Part shown: one piece after another, positions 10,701-20,573 of the stretch | Numbering within the stretch: position 1 is the stretch's first letter | Layout of the letters: the number at the start of each line of letters is the position of its first letter | Source: Intoshia linei | Lineage: Eukaryota > Animalia > Orthonectida | Direction: 5' to 3' | NCBI GenBank assembly: GCA_001642005.1 | Contig: LWCA01000304.1 | Coordinates: 1 to 33,392, forward strand | Length of the DNA stretch: 33,392 nucleotides | Notes under the pieces: generated by a model | What the model saw: the letters and a program-made list of their open reading frames with translations, nothing else | Databases searched by the model: none | What the model was told of the DNA's origin: nothing | Program-made: the position numbers and the translations under genes

Positions 10701-13526
10701 ATATAAAATATAAATAAAAATTTACTTAATTTGTATTCTTTAAATTAATATTAATGTAATTTATCGATCTAACTTTATAATAACCTATACATGAAAATGG
10801 AATTTGAGTAAATTTTTTCAGCTTTGAACTCGCCCGTGCTTACCAAACTGCCGGCTGATTCATACACCTACTTGGTATGTGTGGGATACTTTAATATCTA
10901 GTAAGTGTTTCTTAAAGTGTGTCCCGTTTGAGAATTGCAAGTGTAACTGAGATTAATTAAGTTTATATAGAATTAATATCGTGGATTGGTTGTGCACTCT
11001 AGTGTACAATTATTTTATGCTAATTTTTTTAAAAATTTAGAATCGAAAAATTGATAGTTTCTTTGAATGTGAAGAAAAAATGTTGTCAATGTACACTAAT
11101 ATAGTAACTCCCGCTTTTAGAATAAATGATACATAACTAATTATAGGATAAACCCCTTAAAGAAATTTATGAAAATGTCAATGGTAGGTTTTAATTTTTA
11201 CTTTTTAATGTAATTTTAATTATGGTGGAATCGATTAAATTTAATTTTAATATATAGATGATATGCAGGAAGATATTATTCGGTTTTTGTTGTTGGCATA
11301 CATGTGTGACTATAATCAGGTATCTTTATTTGTTAAATAGTATTCAAAACCAAATGTGGGTACATTTTACGAACCGTAGGTTATATTTTAATTTTAATTT
11401 TATTTTTGAGACCATCATCAAAGAACTTGACAATTATTCAAAACTTTTTCAACGAGTTTTCGGTTCATTTGTACCACGTTTTTTATCGTGCTCCAATACT
11501 CATCTATATAAATTTAATTTTCTAGCAAAAACTAAGCTTACTTTCTGCGCACTGTCACGACATTGAAAACATGAATTGTTTGAAAAAATGTGTTGATTAT
11601 ATAAACAGCACATCTGAGTTTACAAAAATTCGTTCTATACACGTAAAAACTGGATCGGTTACAAAAATTGACGATATGGATGATGGAGCCACAAAAACTA
11701 TCAAGTAATTATATTTTTTTAATTTTTATGTAATGACTACGGTACTGTCCTATCATGTGATTTAAAGTTTAATATGAATACTTAGAATGTTTTCAAATTT
11801 ACTATCATCAGCATCATATTTTGCTATGGAAGGTGTTAAAAATTTAGTCCAGAAACAACACGTATTTAATTATATGTAATTATGTTTACAGTTAATATTT
11901 AGAAACTTCCATTAACAAAGATTGTGGATAGTTTGTTGAGTTCAAAAAATAAAAATTCTTGTTTTGGATTTATTGACACGAATAATGAAAATAGGTTTAA
12001 TTTTTAAACTTTATGTATTTGTTAATGATATAAAATTTTAGTCAACCTCGAAGTCCTTCGGATATACATCTTCAACCAAAAGACGTATGTTTATTTTTAT
12101 TTAAAATATTATATTCAATTACACTTATTTCTTTAGACCAGGGGTCGGCAATTTTGAGACATCTCGTGTGCCATTTTTTTAAACCAAAAAATTATACGGG
12201 CCCCGTTTTTGAAAATTTACACATGATACATTTCAATCTTAACTGAAGTGAAACGGTTCTAATATATTCAACAAAATAAAATCCAGGGCGATCTGAAAAT
12301 TCAGTATTGAAATGAATATAATGAGCCAATTATAGTAGAAAATGATTAAAACTTATAAAAATTAAAAAATAAATAATTTACATATTTGCTCAAAGGGTCA
12401 CCTAAATTGTTCTGTAGGCCACTGGTTGCTGGCCTTTATTCTAGCCCTATACTCTACTTCATTTTTTATTTTGATTTATTATTAATTACTTTATATATTT
12501 GTTGTATTTCAAAAGTTAAAACTTATTTGTGATATTTCTTTTTTTGATTCTAGAAATAGTTTTATTTTCGATCAGGAATGTAAAAAATAAAAATTTTTAA
12601 GTTATATATATAAACATTGTAATCATTATTGATAAATTTGTTTTTTAGATTTTCATTTTTGTTTGTGGTGGAGGTAACTATGCCGAGTATAATAATATGG
12701 TTGAATATGCAAAGGTATTTGATTCATAATACAGTACAGCCTTCTCTATTTCCCAAAATCGGAAAATTTAAATTTTTTATCCAATCCTTGAAACCAGTTT
12801 CTAGGAAACTGCTAACCATTTTAATACATTACTAGATATAATTTTTACTACTAATACATGTAATATATGTATTGTTAATATAAAAAAAATATCTATATTT
12901 CGCCATTCTATCGTAAATGTATTTAATTTATTTAGAATAAAAGTAGTGTGAATAAATTGACTTATATGTGCTCTGAAATGATTAAACCTTCTAATTTCTT
13001 ACAAACAGTAAACTTATCAATTTAGATCAGCGTTCGGCAAACTATGGCCCGCGATGTGGCCCGCAAACAAAAAGTTTGCCGAACTATATTAAGCTAATGT
13101 GGAGTACAATTTAACAATTAAATATTTTTCCAAAATTTTAGCAATTTACGAAATCGATTAAAAGTATTATTTATCAATAATAGGCTAATTTTTGTTCAAA
13201 TTTGATCAAATTTTCTTTTATTGTTTGTATAAATATAATTATAAATACGTACAATTTTGAAACTTAATAATAAACACAATAATTAAAATGCACTCTAAAA
13301 ATAATAATTGTTAATTATTCAAATGGAATTTTGACATTTTAATATTTAAAAAAACAATCAAATTTACAAGCCAAAATAGAATTTCATCAATTTAAATTGT
13401 TTTATGTGTATTCACGAAATTTGTGGGGCCCGCGTTAAGTTTGCCGAACGCTGATTTAGATTAATAAATAAATAAATTTAGTTGCAAAAATTGGGATCCG
13501 AACTTTTAAAAGAATCTGCAGCGTAA
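7731..13526 (+). CDS. SCFD1: Sec1/Munc18 family protein Sly1/SCFD1 (ER-Golgi vesicle fusion), 5'-partial. 20 exons: 7731-7821, 7858-7980, 8343-8436, 8784-8873, 8913-9045, 9080-9173, 9283-9386, 9462-9552, 9623-9678, 10029-10110, 11041-11103, 11147-11183, 11258-11319, 11526-11704, 11786-11861, 11903-11994, 12042-12084, 12649-12714, 12936-13007, 13482-13526
   Basis: All introns are GT-AG and phase-consistent (1693 nt, 563 codons plus stop). The peptides match SCFD1 in order: DRENISDVPAVYFVKPTPENI, NNLYESYYINFIS, IPVLIILDRNLDITSSIQHNWCYESLVNDLL, LPQLLEKKRVVDMHMNIAT, RKIDSFFECEEK, AMEGVKNLVQKQHKLPLTKIVD, IFVCGGGNYAEY, LQKLG. Confidence 0.95.
12139..12438. mobile_element. Old hAT-type MITE in an SCFD1 intron
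   Basis: The left end CAGGGGTCGGCAA follows CTTTAGAC. The right end ...GGTTGCTGGCCTTTA is degenerate and the target-site duplication (TSD) is decayed. Confidence 0.5.
13028..13453. mobile_element. Young hAT (Charlie-type) MITE, 426 bp
   Basis: Perfect 16-bp TIRs CAGCGTTCGGCAAACT (13028-13043) and AGTTTGCCGAACGCTG (13438-13453). Perfect 8-bp TSD ATTTAGAT (13020-13027 and 13454-13461). Subterminal GGCCCGC repeats. Confidence 0.95.
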
Positions 13527-13803
13527 AGTTATTATATTAAACTTTACTTTTACAGTGTTTTTATCAAATATACATTGCAATATATTATGACAATGCATTT
13601 GTTTAATCAACTATATTATGTTTTAGTAAAATCAAATTGATCATTTACGTGCATGTTACCCTAAAACTAATATTTATGATGCAAAATAGTTATTTACATA
13701 AAGTAATCTACCTAACCATGTAAATATCTCCTTGTCTTTGTCTTTAACAATTTATCTAAGAAAAAAGCGTATAATTTTAAAAACATTTAAATTTTTAATA
13801 CAG

Positions 13804-14061
13804 TTTATCGTCGGTTTGGGAGTTTACCGCAAATTTCATTTTCAGCAATTGAACCCTTCAGGAATTATATCAAAAACCATAATTATCTTTTAAAATTCAA
13901 TAATTTCTCGACTAAAATGTATAATTAATATTTAATAAATTATTGTCAGGTACAATACTCAATATCTCGTGATTTCACCAGATGGAATTGATTTGATTTA
14001 CAATTACACGTGGATGTATGATAATTTTGGGGTCAATTCACCTACTTCTGTATTGGCTTAA
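13804..14061 (+). CDS. Possible small spliced gene fragment, unknown product (exons 13804-13918 and 13950-14061; 5' end unresolved)
   Basis: The frame YRRFGSLPQISFSAIEPFRNYIKNHNYLLKFNNFSTK-MYNTQYLVISPDGIDLIYNYTWMYDNFGVNSPTSVLA* stays open across a 31-nt GT-AG intron. Another 35-nt GT-AG interval (13769-13803) precedes it and AATAAA follows it. No clean start and no recognisable homology. Confidence 0.3.
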
Positions 14062-14657
14062 ATAAAACTATTTTTTTAATAAAATCAACACCGTATTTAA
14101 CAAATTTAAAATTTACACAATGAACCATTTAACTAGTTAAAACTTGTATATCAAATTATAATCCTCAATTATTACAATGCATGTGAACTTTAATCTGAAT
14201 ATACAAATATGTGTGAAGCATGAAAAAATTGTGTATGTTATATTTATTAATATTTAAATTGGGTGTAACAAGTAATATGCAAAAATATACTCAAGTATAT
14301 ATCTGTTCTATACATGAATTCTGATGAAAACAATAAAATTTAATTGTCAATAAAAAACAAATAATAATTTTTATTACAATAAAAATGAAATTAAATTAAA
14401 TACACCACAAATCTCTACTACTAATAAACAAGCATTTGCGCTGCTCGTAAATTTATATTGGTTTATAAAAATTGTGTATTATAGAAAAATAAATTTAGAT
14501 CATTTATGTAAAATGTAACATTGTTTAAATATTGAGTATAAAAGAAAATTAATATAAACAAACATTTTACTCTAAATTGGAACATATAGTGTCACTTGGA
14601 TTTATTGTTTTGTAGTTTGTAAAATTAAATTCATGATATTGTAAAAATGTATAAGTA

Positions 14658-17600
14658 ATGGGATGTGCAGAGTCTTCAGTAACCTTTGAACAGCCGAGAC
14701 AAGTACCGTTTAATAATCAGATTTCTCCAGCCTATAATCAACAAAATGTAACTCCAACAGTTTTGACATTCAACCCCATCAATCCAGAAGTAATTTTATA
14801 GTACATTATTCTTATAACTTAATCATGATTACAGGAAGATATTGCACTTTTTAAAACTATGACGCCTGAAGAATTGATGCAGGAATACATGAAAATTGAA
14901 AATGAAATTAATTCTCTTGAAAGTAAAAATGTTCAAATGATGTATGAAACTAAATTGAGAACTCTGGATAATATTGCTGATAAATTGTATGTATTTTTGA
15001 AAATTTAGGTTTTATAGTTAATACGTGGATATTTACTATAAGTAATAATTGTACATTAAAATATTATGTAATTATATTAAGGTTTCAGTGCCTCATTTTT
15101 TTTATAATGTAGTAACAATTTAAATATAGTAACATTTTTTTGACTATGCTAAGATTCAATTGTTCATATCAAGAAATTTTAATAATTATAAATTGATTTA
15201 TTTAATTTGGGTATAATAATGGAAAGGTAATGTAATTTTATGAATTCGAATGTGAATTGATTTTCTTTCATACTTTTATCAAAATATAAAGCATAGCAAG
15301 TCAATTTACTATATATTATAACTTTGTTTCGAGGAAATTGGTCTTGTTATAATTATAATTGATTGGATCATAAAGCCATTTATCAGTATAAACCAATTCA
15401 CAGGTAAACATGTTCAATATACAATAGTTTATATCAATATCAATAGCTTGACTGCTTTAATCAATATAATTAATATTTTATGTGACGTATCCAACGTCTT
15501 AATTCGTATACGACTAGTGTCTATTTTTGATTAATAAATCACATGTTTATTACATATAAGTTGTAACCATTGGTTATCATATTTTGAACGGTGGAGATCT
15601 TATATAACAGTGATGTCCAACCTCAACATTTGAATGATCACAACAAAAGTTCAGTTCCGTTTACCCGAAATCTTTGACTGAATTTTAGGCTTGTAAAATT
15701 TAAGTCATATTTAAAACTGCACTAAGAGTTTAATTTTCCCGAGTCTAAATATAACTAATTATCAACTACATTTACTTTTACATTTACATTTACAAATTTT
15801 ACACGTGCATAATTATTTTACAATTTTAAAATGAAAGAATATTCTGACATATTTTGTATAAAAATTAATTTAAACGACAATTATTGTCTAATTTGTAATG
15901 AAACAATGTCTCCACACCTGAGTAATATGAAAAGGCATTTTGCTAAATATCATTCTGAAATAATTCTGAAGATTCATTAAGAGAAGGAAACACTATAAAT
16001 CCCTTGCGAAAATTTTTTTTGCTGTCACAAGCAGCCATGAGTCCTCATCCAAAAAAAATTTCATTTGCCGTGTCCTTTACCCTTGCAAAAAGTTTAAAAT
16101 TTATTTATTAATTGAATTGATATTTTAAATGTAACATAAAATAGCAATGATATTCAAGAATATCGTTTTTTAATGCCCAATTGTGAAAATTAGACCCTCT
16201 TTATACAAAAATTTCGTTAAATTCCCTGAAGAGGTATTGGTGTACGGTAGATTCGGCTGCACTGATTATGATAATGGTGATTTATTACCATAATAATTAT
16301 TTAATTTATCTTTTCATAGAAATGTAATTAACCAAAATACATTACAAATGACTGGAAATGAAATTATACATGACGATAACATATTCAAATACGAATATAA
16401 CGCCATATTACAACAAAAGGACCAAATAAATTACGAACTACAAACACTGCAACCTGATGTGCAACGAATTCGTTATTTATATAAAAAATTGGATAATTTA
16501 TTATGCTTTGTATACCAGGGCGACTACGGTAGTGAAAAAGAAAATAACCTAGAAAAAAATTATGAAACCATTGAAGTTAAACGTGAAAAACTGTCAGCCT
16601 GGTTAAATGTTTGGCTTCAAGGCAAAAATATTATTCAACATGCCATGAATCAATTTTCTACCGGGTGTCAATATTTTAGCTCCATTAAAACTGTTTCTCA
16701 AACGTAATCAATGCATTTTTATTATTATTCATGTAGTATATTATTATTCTAGGGATAGTATTACTCGCGTGCTTTATGCTACAAATGCTAGAAATCAGTT
16801 CATAGCAGGTTTACAAAATCTTACCTTGTTACACCAACTTATCTATATAATTGAATTACCTTACTGCAAAAAAGAAGAAATTGTTACTGTTTGGAATGCC
16901 TTAAACAATATTTATAACGACATTCTTCACGATGATAGATGTCAATATGCTTTATCATGTTATCTTTCATGTTACAGCCGAATAGTTGCATTAATGAAGT
17001 GGACAGATAAGGTTATTTGATATTATTTTAGTTAAATGTGTGTTAGTGTCTACATGAAAGGTAGCCAAATTGTTGTCCGCGAGTCAATTAAAAGTGGCCC
17101 TTGATGGCTATCTAACAAAATGCAATAAATTTTTGATTTTCCGACATGTATTAGTTAACCACTCCCAAATGTAATTTTGGCTGTTCAATTTGATTGTTTA
17201 CAATATGTCAACATTCCATTTAGATAATTAATTATTTAGTTTTGCGCATTAGATAAAATTTTCCTACCTTTACCCTCTTTGAATAAAATAATTTTATATT
17301 TTTAATTAGATTAAACTGAAGACAATGATGTGAAAAATTTTTTTTTGGGTCAATTATAACATACATATATAATATATATGTAGTATATCAATAATTTTAG
17401 CTGAATATTTCAGCTTTACTTTTTGGCAATGCTATATATGCGTGATACTAACTTTGTAAATTCTAAATTTCACCGGAAATTGAAAATACGCCTACATTTT
17501 TTGTTGAGATATAAAATATGTCAATATAAATGAATTTTACAAACATTGTGGTCCGAGAGTTAATTAAGCTGGCCACCACTGCCTACATATATAATAAGCA

Positions 17601-18446
17601 ATTATTACATATTTAGGTAATTGAATCTATAGAAGTTGAACTTGTAAGCACTAACAATGAAACTGAAATTGCTGCAAAGTCTTTAAGAAATGAAAGATTG
17701 CTACTAATGAAAGAAAAAATGGGAATCAAGGACATTGCAAAACATGTTACATTTGATTTTTCAAAGAAAAAGTCAAATCTAGCAGATAAACACGAAGAGC
17801 CGTTTAAGGCAATGAAGGAAATTGATGATGCAAACAACCAAAATATTAAAATTGATAAAAATATGGATCCGTACAGTTTAGGCGGATCTGTAATTATTTA
17901 AACAATTAATAAACATTTTTAGATATCCATTTTTCTTTATTAATCTATTCATTTTAGAATGTCAACATCGTTGAAGATAATGCGCCTTTACCTACAAACC
18001 TTTTTGGTAATTACACTTTAATAACATCTAATTTATTATGCAATTATGATATATATTATTTTATACAAATAATATAAATATGGAAATACAATATATATTT
18101 AATGTTATCTGATTATATAATATATTTGACTAAATTCATATTTTTAGATAATATCGATTTAATTCGTCGTACTCATTTAACCCATGAAGAAAAACACGGT
18201 GATGCCCGTTTGGTTAATAGGGTTCAAAATACAGAAAAAGTAGAAGAACGTATAGCTAAATTAAAAGCGGTATCACCAATAGTTCCCTCCAAAACATTAC
18301 ATTCGACCGAAATTGATAAACCAAATGAAACAATACCAAAAGTAGAAGAAACAAAACAACCAAATATTAAAGATGACATTACTCACGAAAAGTCTAGAGA
18401 AACTATTGAACAAAATTCAGAAGTAGAACCTGAATCTAAAGTATAG
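14658..18446 (+). CDS. Conserved-hypothetical helical/coiled-coil protein (~515 aa) with an N-terminal MGC myristoylation/palmitoylation-type motif. Exons 14658-14789, 14835-14986, 16320-16703, 16753-17011, 17617-17889, 17958-18006, 18148-18446
   Basis: Runs from ATG to stop with GT-AG, phase-consistent introns (1548 nt) and starts MGCAESS. It links ORF-track pieces 16348-16707, 16769-17020, 17698-17901 and 18102-18446. Confidence 0.85.
15608..16264 (+). mobile_element. Internally deleted hAT element retaining a BED-type zinc-finger mini-ORF (15831-15980)
   Basis: Left end CAGTGATGTCCAACC; degenerate right end ...GGCTGCACTG. The ORF MKEYSDIFCIKINLNDNYCLICNETMSPHLSNMKRHFAKYHSEIILKIH* has the CxxC...NxKRHxxxxH finger of Charlie/SPIN transposases. 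Confidence 0.7.
17056..17581. mobile_element. Degenerate hAT MITE in an intron
   Basis: Right end AAGCTGGCCACCACTG and decayed left end GAAAGGTAGCCAA. The flanks GTCTACAT / (G)CCTACAT approximate an 8-bp TSD. Subterminal GTCCG(C/A)GAG occurs at both ends. Confidence 0.6.
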
Positions 18447-18602
18447 TTTAGAATATTGATATTATTAAAATTTTAAATTAGCCAATTTTATTTGTTCATA
18501 ACATGAATATGTAAATCAGTAGAAGTAAATTCTTCCATGCGTACTGCGCATGTTTTTTTCATTACATGTAAAACAAAAACTATAGTGTTAATTTAACATA
18601 TA

Positions 18603-20441
18603 CTAGGTTGACTCTTATGTACTACGTACAAACAGGACCTAGCTTTGCCTAGAGCACATTTTTTTTAAATTGTAGGATCAATATTTACATTTTTATTTTA
18701 ATGATTAAAATTTAATCGAAATATTTGAAAAATATTGGTTGATAATATATTAAAAATTATTTTTGATTGGGAATGCGTAGATTTCTGGGGTAGAAATTTT
18801 TTATTTATATTAACTGGAATAAGCTCTATCAGAATAATCTTTTTTTTAATTTTCGGATTTTTAATTATTTCATATTTTTTGTTTTAATAAAATATTTCGG
18901 AAAAAAATATATGAATACTAAAATGCTTTTTTTGACCGTGAAGTCGTCCACTTATTCAGATTTAAATTTTTAAATTCTAGGGCTGTTTTCATTAAAAAAA
19001 GAAGGGTAATTTATGATTTGGATCGGGAAGATATAATTTTTTTGAATTTAAGTTTATGATAATGTTTATGATTTTAAAATCCGTATCAGCGTATATATTT
19101 TTTTAATTTCTCCAATTCGTTTGATTTTCCAAAAAAAGGATAATTGGAGTTTTTGACCTGTAAGATGNGATCAATATTTACATTTTCAATTTTTATTTCA
19201 AATTAAAATTTAATCGAAATATTTGAAAAATATTGGTTGATAATATATTAAAAATTATTTTTCACCAAGAATTCGTAGATTTCTGGAGTTGAAATTTCGT
19301 ATTTATATCAACTGGAATAAGCTCTATCAGATTAATTTTTTTTTTTTAATTATCGGACCGTTAATTATTTTACATTTTTTGTTTTAATAAAATATTTCGG
19401 AAAAAATATATGAATACTAAAATTTTTTTTGACCGTGAAGTCGTCACTTATCAGATTTAAATTTTTGTGTGTTAACATGGTTACGGAGACCCTTGCATAT
19501 GACTGGATCTGGTTGTTTCATGTTTCTGGATACAACTGTATCACCTGTAAATTTGTTTAAATTCTAGGGATGTTTTCATAAAAAAAGGGTAATTTGTGGT
19601 TTTGGCTTTGAAAATATAATTTTTTTAAATTTAAATTTATGATAATGTTTATGATTTTAAAATCCGTATCAGCGTATATATTTTTTTAAATTCTCGAACT
19701 CGTTTGATTTTCAAAAAAAAGACAATTGGGATATATATTTTTTTAAATTCTCCAACTCGTTTGATTTTCAAAAAGAGGGACAATTTTTTAAATTCTCCAA
19801 CTCGTTTGATTTTCACAACAAAGGAAAATTGGGGTTTTTGACTCGTAAGATGTGAATTTAAAAGGTTGACATTTATCTTTATTATCACACCCGGAAAAAA
19901 CTGTATTTGAAATGTGGACTTTATAAAATTCTAAGACTGGTAGTTATTNCAGAATAATCTTTTTTTTAATTTTCGGATTTTTAATTATTTCATATTTTTT
20001 GTTTTAATAAAATATTTCGGAAAAAAATATATGAATACTAAAATGCTTTTTTGACCGTGAAGTCGTCACTTATTTGGATTGAAATTTTTTTAAATTCTAG
20101 GGCTGTTTTCATTAAAAAAAGAAGGGTAATTTATGATTTGGATCGGGAAGATATAATTTTTTTGAATTTAAGTTTATGATAATGTTTATGATTTTAAAAT
20201 CCGTATCAGCGTATATATTTTTTTAATTTCTCCAATTCGTTTGATTTTCCAAAAAAAGGATAATTGGAGTTTTTGACCTGTAAGATGTGAGTTTGGGCTG
20301 TTGAAATTTATCTTATTATATAGCGCGGAAAAAACTGTATTTGAAATGTGGACTTAATAAAATTCTAAGACTGGTAGTTATTGAAATAAAGTGAAACACA
20401 CACACAAACAAATATTGCATGTCATATTATATAAATAAGGA
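18603..20441 (-). mobile_element. Non-autonomous Helitron-like element, assembled with internal duplications joined at single Ns (19168, 19949)
   Basis: On the minus strand the 5' end is A|TCCTTATTTATATAATATG..TTTGTTTGTGTGTG. The 3' end has a short TGTAC-GTA-GTACA hairpin about 11 nt before CTAG|T, giving TC...CTAG termini inserted in an AT dinucleotide. 18830-19167 is nearly identical to 19950-20287. Confidence 0.8.
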
Positions 20442-20573
20442 TACTATTGTATATATTTTTTATTAATTTCACAATTTGATATTAAGTTAACACTCTCACT
20501 GATTATTTCCCATTTGTTTAATTATTTTTTATTATAAATATGTACATATTTAAACCAATCAGATTTTGAACGT

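Noticed and set aside
11411-11470. Extra SCFD1 exon TIIKELDNYSKLFQRVFGSF with a GAG acceptor (ORF 11258-11566)
   Set aside because: Direct splicing of 11319 to 11526 already gives the expected length and alignment, and the acceptor is atypical.
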